A DNA stretch of 64,000 nucleotides, taken from Cyanobacteria bacterium P01_A01_bin.123. GTDB taxonomy: Bacteria > Cyanobacteriota > Cyanobacteriia > Phormidesmidales > Phormidesmidaceae. The stretch is taken from positions 1 to 64,000 of the forward strand of contig JBCBZT010000025.1 in assembly GCA_039815185.1 (NCBI GenBank), read 5' to 3'. A program made the position numbers and the translations under genes. The notes beneath the pieces were generated by a model. That model was not told the DNA's origin, ran no database searches, and saw only the letters and a program-made list of their open reading frames with translations. Positions 1 through 10,694 of this stretch are shown here, piece by piece (the stretch's first letter is position 1; the number at the start of each line of letters is the position of its first letter).

Positions 1-748
1 CCCCATCCTTCAACCCTTCAGCAAAAGCTTTAGCATCCGCCATCGATAGCCACGGATCGCTTGTCCCCCAGGCCACCAGGGTTGGTTGTTGCCAAGTTTT
101 GAACCCGGTTTGGATTTCGGTCGTCACATCTGGCAAGTTCAAACTCCGCACCGTATATAGAAGCGCACGCCCTGAGGCAGAGGTAGTCAAAAAGGGACGA
201 CGGTACACATCTAAGGCGGCATCATCAACTTGATAGGGGCCGCCGCCTTCTAAAATGCGATCGACCAGCAACGGATCTTGGGTTGCCATATCGCCAATGA
301 AAGGCCAGCCTAACTGACGAATTTTCCACGGCAGTTGGGCTGTCGGAGCTAAGGGCGTATTGAGAATAGCCAGGCGCTCAATTTGATTGGTATGTTTTAG
401 GGCATAGAGCAGTCCCACAGATCCCAAAAAGCCTTGCACGACCAGGGAAAATTTCTCAAGTTCTAAGGTGTGGAGAAACCCAGCTAATCCGGCCAAAAAA
501 GCAGTGGGTGTATAGTCAAAATTGCGTTTTTCCGGCTTGTCTGAAAAGCCATGACCAATCCAATCAGGTGCGATCGCCCGAAAGCCTTGATCTGCTAAGG
601 CTGTTATCACATCTCGATAGCTGTAACTTTGGGCCACAATGCCATGCAGCAATACCACAGGTGGCTTATCACTTTTACCAATAGGACTAGCTTCTCGATA
701 AAACCAGTCAAGGGAATCAACTTGAATATGATGTTCAGCTAAGGCCAC
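1..748 (-). CDS. alpha/beta-fold hydrolase (haloalkane dehalogenase-like), 3' end runs off the window
   Basis: Not in ORF track. Manual translation from GTG at 748 gives MALAEHHIQVDSLDWFYRE...PPVVLLHGIVAQSYSYR...AIAPDWIGHGFSDKP, with the typical HG oxyanion and D-x-x-G-x-G-x-S motifs. Confidence 0.85.
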   Translation of the reverse strand, partial: MALAEHHIQVDSLDWFYREASPIGKSDKPPVVLLHGIVAQSYSYRDVITALADQGFRAIAPDWIGHGFSDKPEKRNFDYTPTAFLAGLAGFLHTLELEKFSLVVQGFLGSVGLLYALKHTNQIERLAILNTPLAPTAQLPWKIRQLGWPFIGDMATQDPLLVDRILEGGGPYQVDDAALDVYRRPFLTTSASGRALLYTVRSLNLPDVTTEIQTGFKTWQQPTLVAWGTSDPWLSMADAKAFAEGLKDG

Positions 749-1186
749 GGCACCACCTAATGTGTTGGGGATCACAGTGGTCTGAGCTTAACGTTTGACC
801 GGAACTTGAGGCAAGTTGGGGTGATGGTGGGAGGTGGAAGAAGCGCGGGAGGGTGGGGGAGAGTTAGGATGGAGGGATGCAGGGAGTAGGGGAATGGGGT
901 AGTGCTAGAGGGATGCCTTTTGTATGGAGGGGCTTTGCCAAATTAGACTTTGAGTCTATTGATGGGTGAAATGTGCGACTTTTGGTCAGGTGTGCGACTG
1001 GTGAGGTGGTCTATGGTGGCGGTTCTCAAGAATTCGTTAATCTAGACTTAGCAGGGGGATGACACCATCCCCTCACAATGAAGTAAAAAATAATAAAAAG
1101 AGGAAATCAAGATCCCGAAATCCGTCCGGGATTGCGATTAGCAGCATGATGATCTAAGAACAACGCAAATAGCTTCTAGGCTCACC

Positions 1187-2176
1187 ATGCGGATGTCAGT
1201 GCTTGATTGCTGGACTATGTTACCCAAAACCACACGCTTAACCGCAGCGCTGATCAAAGCCCTTCTCTTTGTTCAGCTTCCTGCCCATGCTATTGCTCAA
1301 ATCCCCATGCCTGCGGTTCAGTACACTAGCCTGCCAAGGCAGGTGTCCGCTGCCCATCTGCAACCGCCATCAACCGAATTCAACGCCATCGACATCAATA
1401 GATTGGCCCAGGCAGAAACGCCGCAGCCCGTTGTTCCGGTGCCGCCTTTACCCAGTGCCTTGCCTGAGCCCTTCAGCCCTGATGGACAGGGTATTCTGGG
1501 GCTATATCCAGAAGCAGACGACGACATTGGGGTCGGTCACTTGCGCCCGGCCAACCTATCCTTTTTTGAAACATCTAATAGCGATCCCAGCGGTGTTCTA
1601 CGGGGAGCAGGCTGGTTGAGTCAGATTGCCATTCCCCTTTATGCCGGGCCTGATGGTGACCACTGGGGCTGGTTGATTCGGGGCTGGTTGATTCCCAATG
1701 GATATGATCCCATCGCCGTTGGACGAGATGCGTCCTTCGTCATGCTGCATACCTTTTATGACGTATTTTCCTTTCCGGTGATGGAAATTCGCCCAGACGG
1801 CTGGTTTCGCTTTCAATATAGTTCGGCAGGTACGGTTTGGGCCCACACGTCACAATTGGGTTTAGGGCAACTAGATCTGGTTGTTGAACCTTGGGAAAAC
1901 CGTTTCGCTGAGGCTTCTCAACTCTATTTCCGTAACGTTGGGGCTGTCTATGCCCTCCGGTCAGAACCTGACAGCGATCGCACCCCGATTTCCTCCGTGG
2001 GGAGTGACAGCTTAATCGAACCCGTAGAGTTTTTGGGGGATTGGATGCGGGTTCGCGTTACGCAACCCGCTGAAGGGTGTCGTTTGCTCCCTGAAGCAAG
2101 GACTCTAGAAGGCTGGATGCGTTGGCGCACGACCCAACAAGACATTCGCATTTGGTTTCCCCCCAGCGGCTGTTAA
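1187..2176 (+). CDS. secreted hypothetical protein with C-terminal SH3b-like domain
   Basis: 329-aa ORF; signal-like N-terminus, Pro-rich linker, C-terminal LRSEP...GDWMRV...EGWMRW pattern; true start may be 1217. Confidence 0.6.
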   Translation: MRMSVLDCWTMLPKTTRLTAALIKALLFVQLPAHAIAQIPMPAVQYTSLPRQVSAAHLQPPSTEFNAIDINRLAQAETPQPVVPVPPLPSALPEPFSPDGQGILGLYPEADDDIGVGHLRPANLSFFETSNSDPSGVLRGAGWLSQIAIPLYAGPDGDHWGWLIRGWLIPNGYDPIAVGRDASFVMLHTFYDVFSFPVMEIRPDGWFRFQYSSAGTVWAHTSQLGLGQLDLVVEPWENRFAEASQLYFRNVGAVYALRSEPDSDRTPISSVGSDSLIEPVEFLGDWMRVRVTQPAEGCRLLPEARTLEGWMRWRTTQQDIRIWFPPSGC

Positions 2177-2209
2177 ATTACATCCGATTTCAGAATTTAA
2201 GTTGCTAAC

Positions 2210-2761
2210 ATGCCAGTCACATCATTCTTTAAATACACCGTCTTAGGACTATGCCTGATTACGATTAGTGGCTGTACGAGCCATCAAAAGAGCAAGCCTG
2301 CCGTGGCTCCAAATACCAGCGAAATTCAGGTCATAACACCTATTGATTCGGAAGCAACACCTTCAAAATATGCTCTAAATCGAGACGAATTGGGCCGCGC
2401 CCTGCGGGGCTATGACCCAGTCGCTTACTTTGAAGACGGGCAAGCAATCCCTGGCAAAGAAGCCTACAAGTTGGAGTGGCAGGAGGCAATCTGGTCATTT
2501 TCAAGCTCCGATAACCGGGATACCTTTGCCAGTAATCCCGAAAGGTATGCCCCGGCCAATGGAGGATACTGTACTTTCGGAATTGTTTTGTCGAAAAAGT
2601 TTGATGGCGATCCGCAAATTTGGCTGATTCATGAGCAAAAACTCTATGTGTTCTTAAATTCAGACGTCAAAACCACTTTTCTGCAAGATGAGCTTGGCAA
2701 TTTCAATCGTGTCAGCAATAATTGGCCTCTGATTAAGGACAAATCTCCAGAGGCGCTGTAG
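2210..2761 (+). CDS. YHS-domain lipoprotein
   Basis: Lipobox ITISGC; GYDPVAYF, FSSSDNRDTFASNPERYAPANGGYC motifs. Confidence 0.8.
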   Translation: MPVTSFFKYTVLGLCLITISGCTSHQKSKPAVAPNTSEIQVITPIDSEATPSKYALNRDELGRALRGYDPVAYFEDGQAIPGKEAYKLEWQEAIWSFSSSDNRDTFASNPERYAPANGGYCTFGIVLSKKFDGDPQIWLIHEQKLYVFLNSDVKTTFLQDELGNFNRVSNNWPLIKDKSPEAL

Positions 2762-2795
2762 ACAGCTCAAACTACCATCCGGGTATGAATTTTGA

Positions 2796-2853
2796 TCACA
2801 TTCCGAGCCACAGTTTCTTTCAGCTAAAACTCAATTTTTCAAATCGGACGTGG
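2796..2853 (+). repeat. ~60-bp dispersed repeat, copy A
   Basis: Aligns by eye with 36120-36180 and 41093-41152; ends CACATTCCGA...TCGGACGTGG are inverted repeats. Confidence 0.65.
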
Positions 2854-2958
2854 TTTCGATATACTCAAATATATCAATTATCTAAAGCATGATTCTCGTA
2901 TCCCTTTGTTGAAATTATTGATCTTTAGAAATTATCTGAATCAATATAGGAGCATTCA

Positions 2959-5802
2959 GTGAGCAGATTAAAAGATAGATTTAGTCTGAAAAATCAGGTT
3001 TCTGTACTCGCTTTTTTTGCCCTACTTATGGTAACTGTTTTTGGCGGACTCAACATTAGAGACAATATTGAAACCAGCAAAATTCTCTCGGAACAGGAAA
3101 AATTACTCACTATCAAGGACACTTTAACCAAGATTGAACGCGAAGCCTTATCAGCGCGTTTAGATGAAGTGCAGATGCTTGGCAACAGGGATGCTGAGTC
3201 TTTTAATCGTTTTCTAGAGAGAATGGAGAACGTCAAACAGTTGTCGACAAGTTTGCTCGAAGAAACCAAGAATGATCCTGATTTGTCATCTAATTTTGTG
3301 TCAGAGTTAGAAGTGACCCTAATCCATACTCTGAAACGTTATGAGAACTCCGTCAGAAGAACAGCACTGATTGGACAAAGAATAGGTTATCGACCTGAAC
3401 AAGGGTTGATGCTCAAAATTGAGACTGTTAGAGATGAACTAGTGCTGCTTTTAGATGAGTTGGGAGAGCAGCAATCGCAAATGGAATTTGCTCGTATTCA
3501 ACTACAGGAAAGAGATTTCCTCAATACTCTAGACATGGGTATTTCTGATGAGTTGATGAGGGATTTAGAACGATTTGGAGCTGTAATTTTAGATTCTGAC
3601 ATTGGCATTGATAATCAATCGACCCTCAACACTTTAATTCAAGAGTATAAGATCCTTGTAAATCAGTCGATCAGTAATGTTGTCGAGCTGGAACTTGCCC
3701 AAGCTGCTAATACGCTTCAATTTGAGCGGATTACTCCAGAGATTTCTAAAAGTCAGCTTAAGCTTGATGGATCTTTGAGTGCACTACAGCTCGAGCTGGT
3801 TGAGCAAAGACAATTGTCAGCGCTGCAAACTACTATTTTGTTCTGTGGCTCCTTTTTGATAATTCTTACTTTTATTGTCATCCAAATTCGTGATAATCAT
3901 AGCCTGGTGAGGCGTTTGAGGCAACTTTCTGATCGGATGAATGATGTTGCCTTGGGTCAGTTTCCTGACGTTAAAGATCTCCCTAAAGGGAAGGATGAGA
4001 TTGGTATTTTAGTACAGGCTTTTATGGCAATGGCCTCTCAGATTCAGATTCAAATTGAGACGATTGAACAAGAGCGTCAAAAGGCAGATGTGGCGAGTCA
4101 AGCAAAGTCTGTCTTTTTAGCCAACATGAGTCATGAGTTACGAACCCCACTCAACGCTATTTTGGGTTTCGCTCAGATTATGCAATATGAAATACCTCGT
4201 GGGCATCAACATCACGACTATCTTAATATCATCAACAACAGCGGAGAGCACCTATTAACGCTGATCAACGATGTCTTAGAAATATCCAAAGTTGAGTCGG
4301 GTAAGTTTACGCTTAAACCGGTTGCGTTTGAGCTAGATCAACTGTTAGCGATGGTGCAGGGACTACTGCAAACGAAGGCTCAACAAAAAGGGCTGGTTTT
4401 GAGCCTGACGCGATCGCCAGAGATCCCAAATTACCTGTTTGCAGATGAAGCCAAACTACGCCAAATTCTGATTAATTTGCTAGGTAACGGGGTTAAGTTT
4501 ACCGAGGCAGGCAGTGTTAGGCTTACCATCACTGGTGCGCCTATCGCTTGTGAGCAGCGCTTAGCGGCTGATCACGCCTCAAATAATCAGGGAGTCTCTA
4601 ATCCACTCAACCCGCATGTGACTCAATTGCAGCCCTGGCAATTGACTTTTGAAGTAGCAGACACAGGCCCAGGCATTGCATCTGAAGATTTCGATCTACT
4701 GTTTGAAGCCTTTTCTCAAACTGCGTTGGGGCAAACTGTCCAGGAAGGAACTGGGCTAGGGTTGACCATTAGCCGTCGATTTGTCCAGTTGATGGGGGGA
4801 GATTTAACAGTAAAGAGTCAGCTGGGGGCCGGAGCTACCTTTCAATTTGAGATTCAGGTTGAGCAACAGGCCCTTGCAACATCAGTCTTGCCTGATGCTT
4901 TAGTTGTCCCTAAACAGGAGATCATTGGCCTGGCATCCAGCCAACCTATCCCTCGGATTTTAGTGGTTGAAGACCAAGATAAAACTCGACTCTTATTACA
5001 GGATTTGCTGACAGCCGTAGGCTTTAAGGCACGAGTAGTCTGCAATGGTCAAACTGCGATTGAAATCTGGCAGACGTGGCAACCCGACTTAATCTTGATG
5101 AACATCCAAATGCCTGGGATTAACGGCTACGAAGCTGTTAATCAAATTCGAGCGCTAGAGCGATCGCAGCTTCAGCCCTCAACCAAACCGTCTCTCAGTG
5201 AAAAATCCTTAGCCTCTCGGTCACTAACTTCTCGGGCTCCAAGGTCTCGGGCACCAGCCTCTGAGCATCAGTTATCCCAATCCCTTAATGGCTGTCCCGT
5301 TTCAGCAGTTCAGGTTCCTCAGTCAGCACTATCGGAGCAGCCAGTGACTAAGCCAGTGACTAAGATTGTTGCCCTTACCGCCAACGCTTTTGATGGCCAG
5401 CGGCAGGAGATCTTATCGTCAGGATATGATGATTTTGTCAACAAGCCTATTAATCGCAACGCACTGCTCGATCTGATCGGTCGCCATTTAAACTTGCAAT
5501 TTGTCTATGGTGATGTCGAAGCTGTCTCCGCTTCGATGCAGGCTAATCTACTCAGTCAGGGGGTTACCGCTATGCCTGTCCCGTGGCTTAAGCAATTGCA
5601 CCAAGCCTCTTTGCAGGGGGATGACGGTGCTGTACTCAGTCTGGTGCGACAGATTTCTTTGGATGAACCAGCCCACTCGGTGATGATCTCGGCCCTGACT
5701 CAATGGGCTGAGAGCTATAAATTTGAAAATATTTTAATACTGACAGAAGAAGCACTGCCCAAGTTGGCATCGCTGGAGGGAGGGGCTGACGGCAAGCCGT
5801 AA
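2959..5802 (+). CDS. membrane hybrid sensor histidine kinase (periplasmic sensor, HAMP, HisKA, HATPase, receiver-like)
   Basis: Two TM segments, FLANMSHELRTPLN H-box, N/G boxes (NLLGNGVKFT, DTGPGI, GTGLGL), C-terminal REC fold. Confidence 0.92.
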   Translation: MSRLKDRFSLKNQVSVLAFFALLMVTVFGGLNIRDNIETSKILSEQEKLLTIKDTLTKIEREALSARLDEVQMLGNRDAESFNRFLERMENVKQLSTSLLEETKNDPDLSSNFVSELEVTLIHTLKRYENSVRRTALIGQRIGYRPEQGLMLKIETVRDELVLLLDELGEQQSQMEFARIQLQERDFLNTLDMGISDELMRDLERFGAVILDSDIGIDNQSTLNTLIQEYKILVNQSISNVVELELAQAANTLQFERITPEISKSQLKLDGSLSALQLELVEQRQLSALQTTILFCGSFLIILTFIVIQIRDNHSLVRRLRQLSDRMNDVALGQFPDVKDLPKGKDEIGILVQAFMAMASQIQIQIETIEQERQKADVASQAKSVFLANMSHELRTPLNAILGFAQIMQYEIPRGHQHHDYLNIINNSGEHLLTLINDVLEISKVESGKFTLKPVAFELDQLLAMVQGLLQTKAQQKGLVLSLTRSPEIPNYLFADEAKLRQILINLLGNGVKFTEAGSVRLTITGAPIACEQRLAADHASNNQGVSNPLNPHVTQLQPWQLTFEVADTGPGIASEDFDLLFEAFSQTALGQTVQEGTGLGLTISRRFVQLMGGDLTVKSQLGAGATFQFEIQVEQQALATSVLPDALVVPKQEIIGLASSQPIPRILVVEDQDKTRLLLQDLLTAVGFKARVVCNGQTAIEIWQTWQPDLILMNIQMPGINGYEAVNQIRALERSQLQPSTKPSLSEKSLASRSLTSRAPRSRAPASEHQLSQSLNGCPVSAVQVPQSALSEQPVTKPVTKIVALTANAFDGQRQEILSSGYDDFVNKPINRNALLDLIGRHLNLQFVYGDVEAVSASMQANLLSQGVTAMPVPWLKQLHQASLQGDDGAVLSLVRQISLDEPAHSVMISALTQWAESYKFENILILTEEALPKLASLEGGADGKP

Positions 5803-5917
5803 AGGTTTAGTAGAAGGGGTGCCGCCTATATGAGCTATTGGATAGATAGTTGCGCTTATGTAGAGATCTGGGGGCTGATGGTTGTTTTTGCGATGACAGC
5901 CATCCCAGCCTAGAAGG

Positions 5918-6424
5918 CTACTCTTGAAGCCTCTGTCCTTGATAGACCGTTGGAATTGCCAGTATCATCAACATCGCCAAATTTGCAGCCCAGAACAATA
6001 CAACACCAATAAAGCCCAATAACGCCAAACCGGACAGTGATAAGTGTGTAAAGCCATCCAGTAATTGCCACAACCGGAAAGCAGTGTAGAAAAAGCCGAT
6101 GGGCACAACAACACTAGGCACTAACCACTGACTAAACACCTGCTCAGAGATGAGTTGCGCGGCGACGACTAGCAGGTAACTGCCCCAGACTATTGATGAG
6201 TCAGGTTGTTCCCAAGCCTGCACAAGCAAGAGAACTGGTAATAAAACTCCAAAAATTAAGGCTAACTTGACCCAAAAACGCAGGAACTGCCACTGTTGCT
6301 CACTGAATCCAATTTCTGCTGTGAAGGGCAAACGTTGAGCTTTAATAGCAAAACCATAGCCAGCGGTTAGGCTGGCTGTAACTAGAATAAAGAGGGTAAT
6401 GATCAATCCGTTATTAACTGCCAT
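5918..6424 (-). CDS. hypothetical integral membrane protein
   Basis: 168-aa ORF with about 5 hydrophobic segments; GGGAGAG RBS-like sequence upstream. Confidence 0.7.
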   Translation of the reverse strand: MAVNNGLIITLFILVTASLTAGYGFAIKAQRLPFTAEIGFSEQQWQFLRFWVKLALIFGVLLPVLLLVQAWEQPDSSIVWGSYLLVVAAQLISEQVFSQWLVPSVVVPIGFFYTAFRLWQLLDGFTHLSLSGLALLGFIGVVLFWAANLAMLMILAIPTVYQGQRLQE

Positions 6425-6684
6425 AACGCTCTCCCAGCCAACTCGCGGCGTGACCTCTTCAAGTGCTTGAGCTTGTTTCCTAGTTTACTATCACCTAAGA
6501 GCAGAGATCTTTGGCCTGGCGGTAGGCGATCGCCCCTTTTTTGTAGCGCTGGCCAGATTGCTTAATGCACCGAGTATCGCTGGGATGCTCAGCACACAAG
6601 CAATCTGGCTCGCCGTAGCGTACAAAGCTTTGTGGCTACGGTTATATGACCGCAAGGATTCTGCACTAGACCTGAAGTGCTGAA

Positions 6685-8895
6685 TCAATAGCAATCTAAC
6701 CGCTGAATAATGTCAGTGCGCTCATCCTCATCGGCAATCATTTCAGCAATCTGCACAGCCTGTGTCAATTGCTCCAGAGCCGCATAGCGTCTCGAAATAG
6801 CGCTAAAAGTACTGGCTCGATCCCATTCATCCATAAACCGAACATCTGGCCCTTCAATCGTTTGGGCAACAGCAAGGGTCTGCGACAGTAGGTCAGTGGC
6901 TAGCGTTACGTTCCCCATGCCGATGGCGTGATCAGTTAAATCCGTGAGCAGGCGTGCCTGTCCTTCAGGTCTGGGCATGATGTCGATTACCGACCGCACC
7001 CGTTCAGTTTCACCCCGCGCCAGTAACCGGATGGCCAACTCATCCATGCCAACACCGCGAAAGATGGGCTCAAGATCACGGGTAAATGCAATGGCTAAGT
7101 CAATCTGATTTGCCCCAATGAAGTCGCTAATGCTCTGTCGGATAAAACCGTCAGCGAAAACGTATTCTAAATCCTGGATCCTGGCGAGTAGCTGCGCTTG
7201 CCAAGCCGCGGCCCGATCGCTTTGCCCGTCGAGACTGTACTGAATCACATATTGTGTTGCCAGGGCTATCCAGATATCTTGATTGCGTTTAACATCCGCC
7301 ATCCAGGCGTCGTCATTACGTTCTACGTTTTCAAACGTTTTTAAGACTTCATCGGCCTGATCGAGCAGTGTTAAGGCTCTATCGGGCTGGCCAGCTTGAG
7401 ACACTGCCTTGGCCACTGCAATTAACGCACTGGCTTGACAAGCTTCTCCACCGCAGGACTCCATCGTTTGGATAATCTGTAGCGCCCGATCATAGTCGCC
7501 GACTTGAGTGTAGCCGATGGCAACATGTTGTAGCGCTGAATTGCGGTAAGCGCCTTGACCTTCGTCAGGGGGAATCATCTCAGCGATTTGCAGGGCAACA
7601 TCACGGCTACCCAATTGCAGGGTATGTTCAGTTGCCGCTACCCAAAATGACACAGGACGGGTCACTGCTTCTAACTGCGGACTGTTCACTAACGCTAAAA
7701 TCAACTCAGTTTGATTGTTAGCAGCAAAATCTCTAATCCAGTCCTCAAAGGACTGTTCCGGGTAGGTATGAAAGGGAAGCGTGCTTAAAGCAGCGATCGC
7801 GCGATTAAGCAATTCCGCTGCTCTTTCTGGTTGATTGTGTTGATCATAAATCGCGGCTAGGGCGGCGAAGGTATCGGCTTGAATTCTGATATCCTCGATT
7901 TGATCAACAAGGACTACGGCCTCTTCCGTGGGGGTAGCTTGAGCGTAGCTTAAGGCGACCTGAGCTAGGGTGGCATCAGAGTTGCTGGCTTGAGCAGCTA
8001 GCACTGCCTGCTGAAATAGGATTTCTGCTTGTTCAAGCTGATCAGCTTGGGCATAAGCCCCTGCAACGGATGCCAAAGTTCTAGCTTTGCTTGGTGCCAC
8101 CTCGATGCTTTCTGCAAGTTGAGTTGCCGTGTCGAGCTGACCGGCTTGAGCGTAGGCCACAGCCATAGGGCTCCAAATCTGAGCCTGGTAGGACTCATCC
8201 CCTTGCGTGCCCGTTTCAGCGGCCTGTTGGGCCTGAGTCAAAACTGCGATCGCCTGTTCGGTTTCGCCCAACGCCAGATACCCCTCAGCAATGGGCACAG
8301 CCATAATCGCAAATCCGCCACCCTCAGCAAAACCAACGGTTTGCCAAGCCTGATCAAAAAGCCGTTGCGCGGGTTCAGGTTGGCCCAATTGCAAATAAGT
8401 ATTGGCTAGGTGCACAAAGATATCGGTTTTGGTTGAGAGAACGGAATAGTCATCACCCCCCAGGGGTTGGGTAATGGCTTCAATCTTAGGCAAAAGCGCC
8501 AGTGGGATGTTGGATTGCCCCGTGGCCAGAGAATAGTTGAGCACCTGCTCAAAGATGCTGGGTTGTGACCCTTCTGTGCCAGCAGTTGCACGGATGAGTC
8601 GAGCTCTCAGGCGTGGTTCGGTGGTAACCTCTGCGATCGCAATCGTTCGCTCCAGCGCATATACGGCCTGTGCCATGTCGCCTGCTTGAGCATAGTGCCA
8701 ACTCCGATGCAGCAGGGTATTGGTGACGAACCGTTCAACAATCTGCGATCGCCCCTCCCAGTAACACTGGGCATCAGCCTCATCAACTTGGCTTTGGGCT
8801 GCTGCAGGCGCTGTTATCACTGGCAAGGGAATACCCAGTAAACATCCGGCGACAAGGGCACTCATCAAGGCTTTGGGAGGATGGAGGCGGATCAT
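6685..8895 (-). CDS. secreted TPR/helical-repeat protein
   Basis: Signal peptide ending AAAQS; repeated LA..YAQAGQ...A helical motifs. Confidence 0.8.
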   Translation of the reverse strand: MIRLHPPKALMSALVAGCLLGIPLPVITAPAAAQSQVDEADAQCYWEGRSQIVERFVTNTLLHRSWHYAQAGDMAQAVYALERTIAIAEVTTEPRLRARLIRATAGTEGSQPSIFEQVLNYSLATGQSNIPLALLPKIEAITQPLGGDDYSVLSTKTDIFVHLANTYLQLGQPEPAQRLFDQAWQTVGFAEGGGFAIMAVPIAEGYLALGETEQAIAVLTQAQQAAETGTQGDESYQAQIWSPMAVAYAQAGQLDTATQLAESIEVAPSKARTLASVAGAYAQADQLEQAEILFQQAVLAAQASNSDATLAQVALSYAQATPTEEAVVLVDQIEDIRIQADTFAALAAIYDQHNQPERAAELLNRAIAALSTLPFHTYPEQSFEDWIRDFAANNQTELILALVNSPQLEAVTRPVSFWVAATEHTLQLGSRDVALQIAEMIPPDEGQGAYRNSALQHVAIGYTQVGDYDRALQIIQTMESCGGEACQASALIAVAKAVSQAGQPDRALTLLDQADEVLKTFENVERNDDAWMADVKRNQDIWIALATQYVIQYSLDGQSDRAAAWQAQLLARIQDLEYVFADGFIRQSISDFIGANQIDLAIAFTRDLEPIFRGVGMDELAIRLLARGETERVRSVIDIMPRPEGQARLLTDLTDHAIGMGNVTLATDLLSQTLAVAQTIEGPDVRFMDEWDRASTFSAISRRYAALEQLTQAVQIAEMIADEDERTDIIQRLDCY

Positions 8896-8920
8896 GCGAT
8901 TCTCTAAAATTAACGGAGCA

Positions 8921-8974
8921 TTGACATTTAAGTAATTGCTTATCTATACTGAATTCAATTAAGCATTTGCTTAA
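8921..8974 (+). promoter_or_regulatory. sigma70-type promoter with two palindromic operators (probable ArsR autoregulation)
   Basis: TTGACA (8921-26)-N18-TATACT (8945-50); palindromes TAAGTAATTGCTTA (8929-42) and TTAAGCATTTGCTTAA (8959-74). Confidence 0.75.
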
Positions 8975-9007
8975 GCAATAAAATCCAGTTGAAGCCTCAA
9001 ATTTGGC

Positions 9008-9331
9008 ATGGGTAGGTTACCTGCTAATACAGATGTGTTTGCGGCGATTTCGGATCCCACCCGGCGATCGCTGCTTGATCAACTCCGACAAGGAGAACAA
9101 CCCGTCAAGCAATTGGCTGCCCCGTTTGACATGTCAGTACCTGCTATTTCCCAGCATCTGAGTGTGCTGTGTGAAGTGGGGTTGGTGACACAGCGGCGTG
9201 TTGGGCGACAGCGGTTTTATCGGTTGAACCCAGAGCCACTGAAGCAAGTTTCTGATTGGGTCGCTTATTACGAGCACTTCTGGCAAGACAAACTGGCAAG
9301 TCTAGGGGATTATTTGGAGGAAGAGTCATGA
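9008..9331 (+). CDS. ArsR/SmtB family transcriptional regulator
   Basis: VFAAISDPTRRSLL...AISQHLSVL..GLV...R.GRQRFYRL wHTH pattern. Confidence 0.92.
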   Translation: MGRLPANTDVFAAISDPTRRSLLDQLRQGEQPVKQLAAPFDMSVPAISQHLSVLCEVGLVTQRRVGRQRFYRLNPEPLKQVSDWVAYYEHFWQDKLASLGDYLEEES

Positions 9332-9897
9332 TGTCCAAATTGGTGTGCAACGCGAGGTATCCCCATCCACCAGAGCGAGTTTGGCAGGCGCTGACCCACC
9401 CTAAAGCCCTGGCCACATGGATGATGGACAATAACTTTGAACCCTCTGTGGGGCATCGTTTTCAGTTTAAGGAAACCTCACTACCAGGTTTGAATACGGT
9501 GATTGATTGCGAAGTCATTGCCCTGGAGCCGCCCAGGCGACTTGTCTACACTTGGCAAACGGAAGGGATGCCCACCCCTTCGTTAGTCACCTGGACGCTC
9601 ACCCCCATTGAGGATGGTACCCAATTACAGATGCACCACAGTGGGTTAACCCAAGCAGCCATCCCATTGCAACCCACATCACCGTTACCTCAAGAATGGC
9701 ATGGGTCACCGGAAAAACAGGTGTGGCATCAACCCCAGGCACGCCTAGCTATCCCTCCCCATAGTCTTCAGTCTCAACCCGAGACGGCTGGTTCGGTAGA
9801 ACCCCATGCGCTATTACAAATGACCTTTGAACACGAATGGAATCACCGACTCAATGAGCTGCTACCAAAGGTATTGGATCAGCTTGTAGCTGTGTAA
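9328..9897 (+). CDS. SRPBCC/AHSA1-like ligand-binding protein
   Basis: PPERVWQALT...LATW...EPPRRLVYTW motifs; ATGA overlap with the arsR stop places the start at 9328. Confidence 0.85.
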   Translation: MMSKLVCNARYPHPPERVWQALTHPKALATWMMDNNFEPSVGHRFQFKETSLPGLNTVIDCEVIALEPPRRLVYTWQTEGMPTPSLVTWTLTPIEDGTQLQMHHSGLTQAAIPLQPTSPLPQEWHGSPEKQVWHQPQARLAIPPHSLQSQPETAGSVEPHALLQMTFEHEWNHRLNELLPKVLDQLVAV

Positions 9898-10079
9898 GTG
9901 AACGTCCCTGTCTCCTCTGGAGACGCGACGCGTTTCATGTCGCTCGCGAAACAGCTCTGATCAGGGGACGCTGACTGCTTTGAACTGAACCGCATCCCAT
10001 TCACGATAGAGCTGGATGGGGTTGATATCTATTGCCGTTTACCGGGAAATTCATCTGAATTTTCCACAGTGGAGGCTGC

Positions 10080-10691
10080 ATGCCTATGTCTGCCAACATT
10101 CCCCAAGTACCCTATCAGTTGCCAGGGCAACCCGAAATCCAGGGTTTGAATCTTTACGATCGACTGCTGCAAGAACGCCTGATTTTTCTCAATCGACCCG
10201 TTGATAGCGCGATCGCGAACCAAACGATAGCCGCAATGCTCTACTTAGATGCCGAAGCAAGCGATCGCGATATTCGGCTATACATCAACTGTCAGGGGGT
10301 GGCAGGTCGAGAAGCACTCACCGCAGGGCTAGCCATTTACGACACCATACAGTGCTTAAACAACGATGTGATCACGGTTTGTACCGGCGTTGCCAGTGGG
10401 GTATCCACTTTTCTCTTAACGGTGGGTGCCCCCGGCAAACGTTTCGCCCTGCCCAATGCTCGTATGACCTTAAGCCAACCCATGCATGTGATTGCTGAAA
10501 GCTCGGTATCAGCGATTGATATTGAGGCTAAAGAACTCTTGCAGCTCAGGCAAATACTCGCAGCAACTGTAGTGCAGAAAACTGGACACACGGCCGCCAA
10601 GATTCTGGCGGATACGGAACGAGATTTCTATTTATCGGCGCAAGCTGCGCTGGACTATGGCCTGATTGACCAAATTGTTTCACAGGAATAA
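10080..10691 (+). CDS. ClpP-family subunit lacking catalytic Ser/His (ClpR-like)
   Basis: LYDRLLQERLIFL, DTERDFYLSAQAALDYGLIDQI; GVASGVS replaces GQAASMG and TLSQP replaces MIHQP. Confidence 0.8.
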   Translation: MPMSANIPQVPYQLPGQPEIQGLNLYDRLLQERLIFLNRPVDSAIANQTIAAMLYLDAEASDRDIRLYINCQGVAGREALTAGLAIYDTIQCLNNDVITVCTGVASGVSTFLLTVGAPGKRFALPNARMTLSQPMHVIAESSVSAIDIEAKELLQLRQILAATVVQKTGHTAAKILADTERDFYLSAQAALDYGLIDQIVSQE

Positions 10692-10694
10692 CGC

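Noticed and set aside
972..999. TGTGCGACT direct repeat as an L-box or operator
   Set aside because: Half-site and 19-bp period do not fit the L-box; no supporting context
9904..9971. Structured intergenic segment CGTCCCTG...CAGGGGACG as a riboswitch
   Set aside because: No match to an aptamer I recognise; more likely a short dispersed cyanobacterial repeat
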